Assembly (NCBI GenBank): GCA_964574585.1
Contig: CAZNOD010000001.1
Location: 1 to 47,722 of the forward strand
Origin: an uncultured Candidatus Saccharibacteria bacterium
GTDB lineage: Bacteria; Patescibacteriota; Saccharimonadia; Saccharimonadales; Saccharimonadaceae
Direction: 5' to 3'
Length of the DNA stretch: 47,722 nucleotides
Each line of letters starts with the position of its first letter. Position 1 is the stretch's first letter. Below are positions 1-8,856 of this stretch, piece after piece. The notes below the pieces were generated by a model. The model was not told where the DNA came from and made no database searches. It worked only from the letters and a program-made list of their open reading frames with translations. Made by a program: the position numbers and the translations under genes.

Positions 1-1
1 A

Positions 2-346
2 GTGGTAGCTGCTGTATTTGTAGTAAATAATTTACCACAAGATACGGATATAGAGAGCGGTACTAATCAAGTCGAGACAGCAGTCTCAGATGAGTCACGA
101 GATATAGTTCGCTTTACCGCTTCGGCAAACGGCAGCGCACTCGAGCAGCTTCAAGCTGTCAATGATAGCGTGGTTGTCGTTGAGTCGGAGCTAGGTAGCT
201 ATGTCGATAGTATTAATGGCCTAAGCGGCGGCAGCGACGGCAAGTACTGGAGCTTTTACGTCGATGGCGAAATGGCTCAAGTCGGCGCTGGACAATATCA
301 GCCTAAAGGCGGAGAGGTGATCGAATGGAAGTTTCAAAAACTATAA
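2..346 (+). CDS. C-terminal part of a DUF4430-like (transcobalamin beta-domain-like) secreted protein; the 5' end lies outside the window
   Basis: The ORF is open to the window edge. The C-terminal block DGKYWSFYVDGEMAQVGAGQYQPKGGEVIEWKF resembles the DUF4430 signature as I remember it. The stop overlaps the next gene by 22 nt. Confidence 0.6.
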   Translation: MVAAVFVVNNLPQDTDIESGTNQVETAVSDESRDIVRFTASANGSALEQLQAVNDSVVVVESELGSYVDSINGLSGGSDGKYWSFYVDGEMAQVGAGQYQPKGGEVIEWKFQKL

Positions 347-867
347 ACTATAAAATAATATTATTAATCACTGGCCTAATCGCTTTTGGTGTAATCTTCC
401 GACTGTTGCCGCACGAAGCAAACTTTGCACCAGTGGCTGCTATCGCCTTACTCAGTGGCGCCTTGCTAGGCCGCAAGTACGCCCTGTTGGTACCGCTAGC
501 GATACTGTTGATATCCGACGCTATCTTGGGATTCTATAGTAGCTTTATATTTACCTGGATTGGCTTTAGCTTAATTGCGCTTTACGGCATGTTATTTAGT
601 AAGGCAAGCTTCACCAAACGTGTCCTGCTTGGTGGTGCTGGGTCAGCTGTAATATTTTTTGTCGTCTCTAACATCGGTGTTTGGCTAGCTGGCCAGATGT
701 ATCCACTAACCATCGCTGGACTGGTTGACTGCTTCTATATGGCGCTGCCTTTCTTTCGAGCTACAATAGTTTCGGACTTAGTCTACAGTGGAGTACTCTT
801 TGGAGCTGTCGCCCTGCTGGCTCAAAAGCATGGTTTTGCCAGCCAACAACGTCTAGCGACAAGCTAG
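325..867 (+). CDS. Six-TM small membrane protein, candidate vitamin/corrinoid uptake component (S-component-like); function inferred from context only
   Basis: ATG at 325 is preceded by GGAGAGGTGA. About six hydrophobic helices are visible. The N-terminal motif is LPHEANFAPVAAIALLSGALLG. Its neighbours are cobO and nrdJ. Confidence 0.7.
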   Translation: MEVSKTINYKIILLITGLIAFGVIFRLLPHEANFAPVAAIALLSGALLGRKYALLVPLAILLISDAILGFYSSFIFTWIGFSLIALYGMLFSKASFTKRVLLGGAGSAVIFFVVSNIGVWLAGQMYPLTIAGLVDCFYMALPFFRATIVSDLVYSGVLFGAVALLAQKHGFASQQRLATS

Positions 868-1430
868 TAGTCGATACCAGGATTAGCAATGTATCCGTCA
901 TCGTAATGGTGGCGGATTTGTTGCATCTCAGAAACAATATCGATTTGCGGCATCAGCTCACGCGGGAAGTTACGTCCGGTCAAGCAAAGACTAGTCTGAG
1001 CTTGGCGTGACGCCAGTAGCTTCTCTAGGTCAACTTTGTCCAACAAACCATCATGGACGGCGTTGTTTATCTCATCGCAAACTACCAAGTCATACTGACC
1101 ACTGCTGACGCAGTCGAGTGCATACTGAAAAGTTTGGCGAGCACTCGATTGGTGCTGTTGATCGCTAACGCCTCGAGCACTCAGCTCACCGGCTTGATAA
1201 AAGCCGCGCCCACCCTTATAGACCAGTAGTTTATCGCTGTACAGGTCTTGGATAGACTGAAAAAAGTCGTGCTCGCTAACCCGCCATGCCTTAATAAATT
1301 GGATAAAAGCCACCCGACTACCGTGCCCGAGAGAGCGGCAAACCAGGCCGATACCGGCACTGGTTTTACCTTTTCCCTCACCCGTGTAGACAATACTAAC
1401 ACTGGGTTTTTGCTTGTCTGGCAGGGGCAT
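864..1430 (-). CDS. cobO: ATP:cob(I)alamin adenosyltransferase (CobA/CobO/BtuR family)
   Basis: Contains the P-loop block YTGEGKGKTSAGIGLVCRSLGHGSRVAFIQFIK typical of the CobO/BtuR family. I prefer the ATG at 1430 (MPLPDKQ...), which overlaps the nrdJ TAA by 1 nt (TAATG). The track ORF extends to 1457. Confidence 0.85.
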   Translation of the reverse strand: MPLPDKQKPSVSIVYTGEGKGKTSAGIGLVCRSLGHGSRVAFIQFIKAWRVSEHDFFQSIQDLYSDKLLVYKGGRGFYQAGELSARGVSDQQHQSSARQTFQYALDCVSSGQYDLVVCDEINNAVHDGLLDKVDLEKLLASRQAQTSLCLTGRNFPRELMPQIDIVSEMQQIRHHYDDGYIANPGIDY

Positions 1431-3721
1431 TAGATCTCGCAGACGCCACCCACACAAGCCAGCTCTTTGGCGCCAATCGTTTCATCTTGCTGCTCGTAAA
1501 TTACTAGTTTTGAAAAGTCGAGTTTACCTAGCTCGCGCGCTCGCTTCTCGTACTCATCACGACTAATCTCCTCGTAGGGTGCTAGCTGATAAACGTGGTC
1601 GTTACGCGGCAGGAAAGACAAACCACCAACGATGTCCCAGTTTTCGTATACGAAGTTTAGCACCTTAATCCATTCGTCGTCGCCTACATAAATCGTTACC
1701 GACGGATTATGCTCAGTGAAGTTCTGCTTGAGCCGCTTCCACTCCTCGAGCATTTCTAAAGCTGATACATCAGCGCTGACAGTGGCCCCGGCTGGTGCTT
1801 TGACCGGAAACTCGAGCACCATAGTGCTAGCTGTCGCCGATGAGTAGCCAACTTCGGGATAAACCGGTACACCCTGGTCTTTGGCTAGTTGCAACAGCGG
1901 ATCGTTGACACTGATACGTACCCGGCGAATATAGTACTTGGCAAACCATGGGTGCATACCAGAACCGACACCAAGCAATTGTCCCGAGTTGCCGTGTGGC
2001 TTGACACAAGTTACAGCTGTCGATGGGTTGGCACCAAAACGCTTGGCGTATTTGCGATTAGCCTTGACGGCTGCCTTGCGCAGTAGCTCAAGTGTGTTGT
2101 CTTGACGAACTAGCTCGTTGTCGTAGTAGCCAGTAATTGACACACCTAGCAGTTGCTCGGCTCGGCAATTATCAGCCCAGGTCTTATCGAGATACCCAAA
2201 GTCCAGCAGTGTAGCTTGATAGGTACCAACTAACGAAGCCAAGCGTATTTTGCGCTCCAGGTCTTCGATTGTGTCATTCGGTCGCACAACAATTGATGTT
2301 AGATTACAAAACTGCTTCGATCGTAAATAGATTTCACCGCAAGGATTCATACCAATCTGTTCTTGATCAGCCATCACCTCCCAGCGACGAGCTGGCATCT
2401 GCTGCTCGAGTCCACCACGGTTGAAGATACCACGCTCACCACTGCCCGAGCTGACTAATGCTGACCACTCTTCGAGTAGTTCAGTTGCACTTGGCTTGGC
2501 TTCGTATACAGCTGAGTTGTTGGCCATAGAGCGCTGGCCTTCGGTTTGCCAAAAAGCGCCCTTTTTGGCATCGCGCATCGCTGTGTCATCGAGCGATGAT
2601 AGCGATATCAATGCCGAGCGCCGGACGCCACCGGCGACAACAATTAGACCAATCTGGCAGATAATATCGTGTAGATCGATAGTTGACAAACGACGGCCTT
2701 GACGAGCCAGCATACGCTTACGAGTAAACTCCATTAGGTCCTGCAAAGGCGCTGGTCCAGATGATCGTCCACCCATAGTCATTAGTCGGGCGCCAGCTGG
2801 TCGAATTTGACTATAGTCAATCTCGACGTCGAGTCCATTAGCCCAGGTGTCGCAAGCTTTGACAAACGCCTCACACCAGCCTTCTTTACTATCCTCGACA
2901 ACAATTGGTTCAGCAGTTTTTCCAGTCTGCTTTTTGATCTGAGGAAATTTTTCAACGTTTTCTGGCTCGACAGCAAAACCGCAACCAGCACCACACATCG
3001 ATACGTACATGATCTCTGATAGATCGCGCCAATTAGTTGGTGCAATATAAGCACAGTTATAAGCCGTGACGTTGGTAGCATCGGCAGCTGGGCCAGCTGA
3101 CCACAACAAACGCATCGAGGGACATATTTCTTGACGCAAGATGGCTTGTCGAACTTCCTGGTATTCTTTGTCGGTCAGCTTGTCACCCAACTTGCCACGC
3201 ATATAGTCCATGAATCGATCGATTGATTCGACCCAGGTTTCCCGCCGCCCTAAGTCGTCACGCCAACGAGCATAGAACTGGTAAAAGATAAATTGCTGAT
3301 ACGATGATTCAAAATAGGCTTCACTCTCCTTGACCTTATCGCGAACTTCCTGCGGAATAGTCGACTCTAGTGAGCGCTGTTGAGCGTGTTGTTCACGATA
3401 CAGTATGTATGCCTTGGCGGTCTCGGTGTAACCGTGTAGCATCAATTGTCGCTCGACTTCATCCTGAATCGCCTCAACGTTAGGAACATAGCCTTCATGA
3501 CGCTGAGCATGATCAACCAAGCTAGCAATAACCGCTGCCGCTACCGACTCGGCTTTTTCAGGCTCGGCCTCAGCGGTCTCGATTAGCGATTTACGAATCG
3601 CCTGAATAATGTTCTTTTTATTAAAAGCTACTCGTCTACCATCGCGTTTTTGTGTTTTTGGTAGATAGCTTTCGACCAGTCGGTCTAATTCATTGACGTC
3701 TACAGTCAGACTATCCATCAC
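1430..3721 (-). CDS. nrdJ: Adenosylcobalamin-dependent (class II) ribonucleotide reductase with N-terminal ATP-cone
   Basis: ATP-cone-like N-terminus (RDGRRVAFNKKNIIQAIRKSL), thiyl-radical loop NPCGEI, and a C-terminal redox pair CVGGVCEI (C-x4-C). SD AAGGAGGG lies at 3728-3735. The start is GTG 3721 or ATG 3718. Confidence 0.9.
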   Translation of the reverse strand: MMDSLTVDVNELDRLVESYLPKTQKRDGRRVAFNKKNIIQAIRKSLIETAEAEPEKAESVAAAVIASLVDHAQRHEGYVPNVEAIQDEVERQLMLHGYTETAKAYILYREQHAQQRSLESTIPQEVRDKVKESEAYFESSYQQFIFYQFYARWRDDLGRRETWVESIDRFMDYMRGKLGDKLTDKEYQEVRQAILRQEICPSMRLLWSAGPAADATNVTAYNCAYIAPTNWRDLSEIMYVSMCGAGCGFAVEPENVEKFPQIKKQTGKTAEPIVVEDSKEGWCEAFVKACDTWANGLDVEIDYSQIRPAGARLMTMGGRSSGPAPLQDLMEFTRKRMLARQGRRLSTIDLHDIICQIGLIVVAGGVRRSALISLSSLDDTAMRDAKKGAFWQTEGQRSMANNSAVYEAKPSATELLEEWSALVSSGSGERGIFNRGGLEQQMPARRWEVMADQEQIGMNPCGEIYLRSKQFCNLTSIVVRPNDTIEDLERKIRLASLVGTYQATLLDFGYLDKTWADNCRAEQLLGVSITGYYDNELVRQDNTLELLRKAAVKANRKYAKRFGANPSTAVTCVKPHGNSGQLLGVGSGMHPWFAKYYIRRVRISVNDPLLQLAKDQGVPVYPEVGYSSATASTMVLEFPVKAPAGATVSADVSALEMLEEWKRLKQNFTEHNPSVTIYVGDDEWIKVLNFVYENWDIVGGLSFLPRNDHVYQLAPYEEISRDEYEKRARELGKLDFSKLVIYEQQDETIGAKELACVGGVCEI

Positions 3722-3737
3722 GTCATACCCTCCTTAC

Positions 3738-3796
3738 TGTGATAATAATTTCAGTATAGGACGGCCGATCGGCTTCAGTCTGTGATATTTGTCACA
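3738..3796 (-). promoter_or_regulatory. nrdJ promoter region: -10 TATACT (3753-3758) flanked by palindrome TGTGATATTTGTCACA (3781-3796) and a related copy TGTGATAATAATTTCA (3738-3753)
   Basis: Read directly. The TGTGA-N6-TCACA inverted repeat is centred about 42 bp upstream of the predicted TSS. An 11/16 matching copy sits between the -10 and the SD. Confidence 0.4.
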
Positions 3797-3801
3797 GCTA
3801 G

Positions 3802-4644
3802 CTAGTTTAAGTTACTACAACGACTTGGGTCACCGGTTTTATAGCCAGTTTGAAATGCATTAACTCGCTGCTCCGAACTACCATGCGTCCAGCTCTCGGG
3901 TGATACTTGACCGCTGGTTTGACGTTGAATATTGTCATCGCCAACCGCAGCTGCCGCCGATAGCGCTTGGTTGATTTCATCACCTTCAAATACGTTGTTC
4001 TTAGCCTGCGAGTAAGCCCATATGCCAGCGTAACAATCGGCCTGCAATTCGAGCGCTATTTGGCCATAACGAGTTGCTCCAATTGACGAATTGAGTGCAC
4101 CAAGTTGGTTTTGAACATGATGCCCAACCTCGTGAGCAATCACATAAGCCTGGGCAACTTCACCAGTATCAGCGCCGAATCGACCTCGCAGTTGGTCAAA
4201 AAAAGTTTCATCGAGATATATCGTACTGTCAGCTGGACAATAGTGCGGTCCAACTTGTGATACTGCCCCACCGCAAGCCGACTGAGTAGCTTGACGGAAG
4301 AGGACAAGTTGCGGCGGCTGGTAGTCGCGACCGCTATCCGCAAAACTGTCTAGCCAGACTGCATCGGCCGAACCGAGCACTTGACTGACAAATCGTTCGT
4401 AGTCATCTTCACCGCGAAATTCCACCGGTTGCTCAGCCGGCTCGACGCGGCTTGATTGCAAACTGTCAACTTGAGCCAAAATATCCTCAACAGTTGACTG
4501 CGGTATATTTAAACCCATAAACTGCAAGCCAATCGTTAGCAGTAGCGCCACTAGTCCACCACCACCAGCAAACATCAGACCGCCACTCATGCCTCGTCGA
4601 TCAATCACCCTACCCTGACGCGATATCTTATCCCAACGTGCCAT
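3802..4644 (-). CDS. Membrane-anchored neutral zinc metallopeptidase (YpfJ family)
   Basis: HExxH motif in AHEVGHHVQNQLG. There is an N-terminal TM after a basic stretch. The overall layout matches YpfJ/PF04228 as I recall it. TATAAT lies 6 nt upstream of ATG 4644. Confidence 0.85.
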   Translation of the reverse strand: MARWDKISRQGRVIDRRGMSGGLMFAGGGGLVALLLTIGLQFMGLNIPQSTVEDILAQVDSLQSSRVEPAEQPVEFRGEDDYERFVSQVLGSADAVWLDSFADSGRDYQPPQLVLFRQATQSACGGAVSQVGPHYCPADSTIYLDETFFDQLRGRFGADTGEVAQAYVIAHEVGHHVQNQLGALNSSIGATRYGQIALELQADCYAGIWAYSQAKNNVFEGDEINQALSAAAAVGDDNIQRQTSGQVSPESWTHGSSEQRVNAFQTGYKTGDPSRCSNLN

Positions 4645-4704
4645 GTAACTATTATATCGTAGCTAGAGTTTGTGCGATAGATAGCGGCCAGCTTAGTTAA
4701 TTCT

Positions 4705-7209
4705 TTAGGAGTAATAATCGGTCGGTGGTGCTTGTCCCATTGCTTGAACCTGCTCTTGCGTGCCAAGAATTTGATCAACTTGATCAGCTGTAACGAGCAA
4801 GCTGCCACCAGCTTGTAAGCTACCGTCGAGCATTGCCTTGGCAACAGTATTTTCGACTGCTTTTTGAACGACTCGACGCATCGGTCGCGCCCCCAGTCGA
4901 GGGTCATAACCACGCTCGACCAATATTTGCTTGGCAGCTGGCTCGACTTCGACCTGCACCTTTTGCTGATTGAGTGTCTTGTTGACACCGGCTAGTATCA
5001 AATCAACCACCTTGAGCAGGTCTGGCTTAGTCAATGGAGTAAATACAACTATTTCATCGAAGCGGTTGAGAAATTCTGGACGGAACTGACCCGACGATAT
5101 CAGCTCGTCGGTAAACTGAGCTTCAAACTGGCTGACATCATAGCCGCGCTCGATATACTCACGGATTCGATCAGCCCCAGCATTGCTGGTGGCAATGATT
5201 ATCGCATCACGAAAGCTTACTTCGCGGTTGCGTTCATCCCGCAAAATACCTTCGTCAAGTAACTGCAGCAAAGTAGCTAACACTTCGGGGGCAGCCTTTT
5301 CAATTTCATCGAGCAACACAACACTAAATGGCTGCTTCATGACTTGAGCTGTCAGACTATTTGGATTGTCAGCCCCATCAGCAATCAAACGACTAACATC
5401 TTCGGGTCGCACATACTCATTTAGGTCAAGTCGAATCATTCGATCTTCACCATCGAAATAGACTTCTGCCAGAGCCTTCGACAACTCGGTTTTACCAACT
5501 CCGGTTGGGCCCAAGAACAAAAATGTACCAATCGGACGATCTTGATTGCGTACACCAGCTCGTGCTCGACGCAAGGCGTCACTGACTACTTGAACGGCTC
5601 GAGTTTGATTAACCATACGTTGATGGATCAACTGCTCCATGTCGAGTAATCGCTGACGGTCGCCATCATCGGTAGCTACGCTGACCTTAACATCCATCGT
5701 CTTTTCAATAGCAGTATGGATCGAGTTAATTGTCACTAAGTTATTTTCTGGATAGCCAGCCGCCGACTCGAGTAGACGAATTGCTCGACCAGGCATTTCC
5801 AGCTCGTGGATATATCGCTCACTCAGTCGATAAGCCTCTTTGAGGGCTTGATAAGTGTAGACAACCTTACGTCGTGACTCTAGGCTTAGCACTTTCTCCT
5901 GCATAACCGACATTGTTTCGTCTTGGTCGGTTGGTGCGACGCTGATTCGATTCATTGTGTTGATTAGACCAGGGTTACGCTGTCCAATTTGCAGGTAGCG
6001 TTGCTCGTCCATCGATAGGATTATTCGTAATCGACCAGCTTCGAGTATTGGTTGTAGGACATTTGACAAGTCAACCGATCCAACACCTTCTTCAAAAAAC
6101 AACTGAGCGTTATCTAAACAAATGATAATATTTTTGGCGTTATAGGCTTCGCCAAGCACTTGCATAATCAACCCCTCGAGCTCACCACGCCCTGGCGCAG
6201 CAGCAATCAAAGCGCTCGAATCAAGTACAAAAATTTGCCGGTAGCGTAGATTGCTGGGCAGCTCGGCATTGCCGTCGAGCAAACGATCAGCAAACGCGTG
6301 AATAATCGTCGTCTTACCGACACCTTCTTTGCCAACAAGGGCGGCGTTTTGCCGACCATCGGCACCAAATGTACTGATAAGCTGCTCGACCGCTTCAGTG
6401 TGTGAGTCGACGTCAACATGCAACATGCCACTAGCCGAGCGACTTATATTTTGGCCGAAGCGAGTCAGCAGTGGAATATAGCCAAACGACCAGTCACGAG
6501 CGATCCCCCCCGTCCGTCGCGGTCGTTCGTGTCGCTCTATTAGATCACGAATACGCTGGTGCCAGCGCACACCGGCTATCAAGTCATCGACATCAAGGTT
6601 GATTTGTGCCAGTAGCATTTCGTGATCGGGAAATTGACGAACCAGTGCAACTGCCAGTACGCTAGCGCTGTAACGGGGCACATTAGCTTGCTGACGGACC
6701 TGCTCAGCTAGCTGCCACAGTTCAGCGGTTGCAGCCTTATCGGTTGAAGCGACTTGCTGTAAAAGATTTACAGTAACACCAAATCGCGCACCCATAAAAT
6801 GTCCACTCGATATAGTAGACACCGCCTTGGCGATATCGGCTGGCGTTGGATCGGCCGGTAGCTGCCCCAATATATCGCTCGACAGCAAGTCATCGACAGC
6901 TGTCTGCTTACCGGACGGTATATGTTCAAGCTCGCCGCGATACCAGCGAACTATCATGTACGGCAATGCCGCTAACCCAGCCAATAGCCAGCCACTCGAA
7001 TAACCGACTATCAGGAAAACTGCGCCAGCCAGCGGTAAGAAAACTACTAGTATCTGTCCAGCCGTGATAGTCAAGCCTCTCAAGCTATGGCCAAAGCGGG
7101 CCTTTTGCGCCCTCAGACTACGATAGTTAAATTCTAAATTGTCCACGGCACCCAGCCTGTCAGCATCAAAACTAAACCAACGATAGGCAGAAGCGGTACA
7201 ATCAGCCAC
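4705..7209 (-). CDS. Two-ring Clp/Hsp100-family AAA+ ATPase with N-terminal transmembrane hairpin
   Basis: Walker A1 GKEGVGKT; Walker B1 reads IIICLDNAQ (DN instead of DE). Walker A2 GPTGVGKT, Walker B2 VVLLDEIEKA, sensor-2 GARPMRR. Two hydrophobic helices span about aa 47-88. The track start is GTG 7209; an alternative GTG lies at 7146. Confidence 0.85.
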   Translation of the reverse strand: MADCTASAYRWFSFDADRLGAVDNLEFNYRSLRAQKARFGHSLRGLTITAGQILVVFLPLAGAVFLIVGYSSGWLLAGLAALPYMIVRWYRGELEHIPSGKQTAVDDLLSSDILGQLPADPTPADIAKAVSTISSGHFMGARFGVTVNLLQQVASTDKAATAELWQLAEQVRQQANVPRYSASVLAVALVRQFPDHEMLLAQINLDVDDLIAGVRWHQRIRDLIERHERPRRTGGIARDWSFGYIPLLTRFGQNISRSASGMLHVDVDSHTEAVEQLISTFGADGRQNAALVGKEGVGKTTIIHAFADRLLDGNAELPSNLRYRQIFVLDSSALIAAAPGRGELEGLIMQVLGEAYNAKNIIICLDNAQLFFEEGVGSVDLSNVLQPILEAGRLRIILSMDEQRYLQIGQRNPGLINTMNRISVAPTDQDETMSVMQEKVLSLESRRKVVYTYQALKEAYRLSERYIHELEMPGRAIRLLESAAGYPENNLVTINSIHTAIEKTMDVKVSVATDDGDRQRLLDMEQLIHQRMVNQTRAVQVVSDALRRARAGVRNQDRPIGTFLFLGPTGVGKTELSKALAEVYFDGEDRMIRLDLNEYVRPEDVSRLIADGADNPNSLTAQVMKQPFSVVLLDEIEKAAPEVLATLLQLLDEGILRDERNREVSFRDAIIIATSNAGADRIREYIERGYDVSQFEAQFTDELISSGQFRPEFLNRFDEIVVFTPLTKPDLLKVVDLILAGVNKTLNQQKVQVEVEPAAKQILVERGYDPRLGARPMRRVVQKAVENTVAKAMLDGSLQAGGSLLVTADQVDQILGTQEQVQAMGQAPPTDYYS

Positions 7210-7526
7210 AGCACAACTTGCACGAGGCTAATCAGCACTACTATTAGCAAGGCTATCGTGCCGATAAACATAACTATGGTCCGCATCGTAGCGCCAATCA
7301 ATCGTGATAACAGCTGGTCGACAAGAGCTCGTAGCTGCAAGCCGATTGGACCATCGACCGATCCGGCCGATATTTGCCGATAAGGAGCAAACAACGTCTT
7401 GATCAGCAGGTCGATTGAAAAATAATCGAAGGTGCTGACCAGTCGTCGCCAGACCGTCTGTATAGTACTACTTAGCCCACCGGTGTACCACCAAGAAAGC
7501 ATACCGACAATAACCATAACCTTCAT
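7134..7526 (-). CDS. Small membrane protein, co-oriented with and overlapping the Clp-like ATPase gene
   Basis: ATG at 7526. It has an N-terminal hydrophobic segment and a C-terminal double TM (IVMFIGTIALLIVVLISLVQVVLWLIVPLLPIVGLVLML). It overlaps the downstream ORF by 76 nt, or 13 nt if GTG 7146 is the true start. Confidence 0.6.
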   Translation of the reverse strand: MKVMVIVGMLSWWYTGGLSSTIQTVWRRLVSTFDYFSIDLLIKTLFAPYRQISAGSVDGPIGLQLRALVDQLLSRLIGATMRTIVMFIGTIALLIVVLISLVQVVLWLIVPLLPIVGLVLMLTGWVPWTI

Positions 7527-7569
7527 TTTATACTAATCAACCAGGGTATTCTAGAGTATAATTGTAAAC

Positions 7570-8856
7570 ATGCCTATACCCTACTCGCATCAGCTCGGCA
7601 AAGTCATCAAGCGAGCCTCTAAGCTCCGCGGTGGCGGTGGATCAGCCTTGCCTGGACTAGTTGTCGAACGGCTCGACCCTGGTTTTATGAAACGAACGCT
7701 CGATCAGTGCCCACAAGGTGTGGTATTGATTAGCGGTACCAACGGCAAAACAACTACCACTAAAATGGTTGTTGAACTACTGCGTGGTCAAGGGTTGACC
7801 GTTTTCACCAATCCAACCGGTAGCAACTTCACACGCGGTATCGCCGCTGCCTTGGTTGATGCTGTCGATAATCGTGGCCAACTCGATGCCGATATTGCCG
7901 TCCTCGAACTTGATGAGGCGCACGCCGTCCATTTTGCCAAGGCGGTCGCACCACGTTATAGTCTTTTTCTTAATGTGATGCGTGATCAACTTGACCGCTT
8001 CGGAGAAATCGACACTACTGCTCGACTATTGCATCAAATTGCCAAATTAACCACCAGTGGTATTGTTGTTAACCGTGACGACGCCCGGCTCAGCTCAAAA
8101 CAATTTTTGACCGATTTGACGGCTGAAGACATCAGGACTTACGGTGTCAGCCAGGCTTTACGCCATCAATTCCCTGATGACGATGCCATGCGCGACGACA
8201 GCAGACTAGTCACAGCCAGCCAAATAGCGTATAACGACACCAGTTTAGAGGCTATCGACCAATCGACCGCCACTATCAAGTTTGCCAACAAAACCTATAA
8301 CGTCGACTTGCAACTAAAGGGCATCTACAATATTCAAAATGCTGTTGCAGCTGTCGCTATAGTTCGACAAGTCATGGCCGACCAGCTCGATGAAAAAGCT
8401 TTGTTTCGGTCATTGGGTGAAGTAAAACCAGCTTTTGGCCGTGGCGAATCGATTATCGTCGACGGTCAACCAACCGAGCTTGTCCTAGTTAAAAATCCCA
8501 GTGGTTTCCGACTTAGCCTGGCCTCTTTTCCGCCAGATGGCGTAGCCTGTATGATTGCTATCAACGACAAATACGCAGATGGTCGTGATATGAGCTGGCT
8601 GTGGGATGTTGATTTTACTAGTTTACAAGCCGAAGCAGTCAGTATGGTTTCGGGCGTCCGAGCCTACGATATGGCCTTGCGACTCCAGTACGACGAGGTC
8701 GAAATTGGTCACGTAATACCCGATCTACCAGCTGCAATCAACCGCTTCGTCACGGCCAACCCAGACAAGCCGCGTCGTATATATTGTACCTACACCGCTA
8801 TGCTAGCAATTCGACGCCACTTAGCTAAGTCAAGCGAAGTTGAGGCAGTGTTATGA
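7570..8856 (+). CDS. murT: Lipid II isoglutaminyl synthase subunit MurT (Mur ligase family)
   Basis: Mur-ligase P-loop ISGTNGKTTTTKMV with a DUF1727-like C-terminus. It is translationally coupled to gatD (ATGA at 8853-8856). TATAAT at 7557-7562 lies 7 nt before the ATG. Confidence 0.9.
   Translation: MPIPYSHQLGKVIKRASKLRGGGGSALPGLVVERLDPGFMKRTLDQCPQGVVLISGTNGKTTTTKMVVELLRGQGLTVFTNPTGSNFTRGIAAALVDAVDNRGQLDADIAVLELDEAHAVHFAKAVAPRYSLFLNVMRDQLDRFGEIDTTARLLHQIAKLTTSGIVVNRDDARLSSKQFLTDLTAEDIRTYGVSQALRHQFPDDDAMRDDSRLVTASQIAYNDTSLEAIDQSTATIKFANKTYNVDLQLKGIYNIQNAVAAVAIVRQVMADQLDEKALFRSLGEVKPAFGRGESIIVDGQPTELVLVKNPSGFRLSLASFPPDGVACMIAINDKYADGRDMSWLWDVDFTSLQAEAVSMVSGVRAYDMALRLQYDEVEIGHVIPDLPAAINRFVTANPDKPRRIYCTYTAMLAIRRHLAKSSEVEAVL

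Noticed and set aside
3722-3801. Cobalamin riboswitch upstream of nrdJ
   Set aside because: Only about 80 nt are available and the predicted leader is about 25 nt. I saw no B12-box-like sequence. The region is better explained by a promoter plus operator-like dyads.
7134-7209. Possible -1 programmed frameshift fusing the 130-aa membrane protein to the Clp-like ATPase
   Set aside because: The ATPase frame is -1 relative to the small ORF, but I found no X-XXY-YYZ slippery heptamer in the 76-nt overlap. A GTG at 7146 offers ordinary translational coupling instead.
3802-7209. The YpfJ-type HExxH peptidase plus the membrane-anchored AAA+ ATPase as a split FtsH-like protease
   Set aside because: By the positive-inside rule the peptidase domain should face outward, because it has a basic N-terminus and a single TM. 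The AAA+ rings must be cytoplasmic. The peptidase also has its own leaderless promoter (TATAAT-6-ATG). Adjacency alone does not support a complex.
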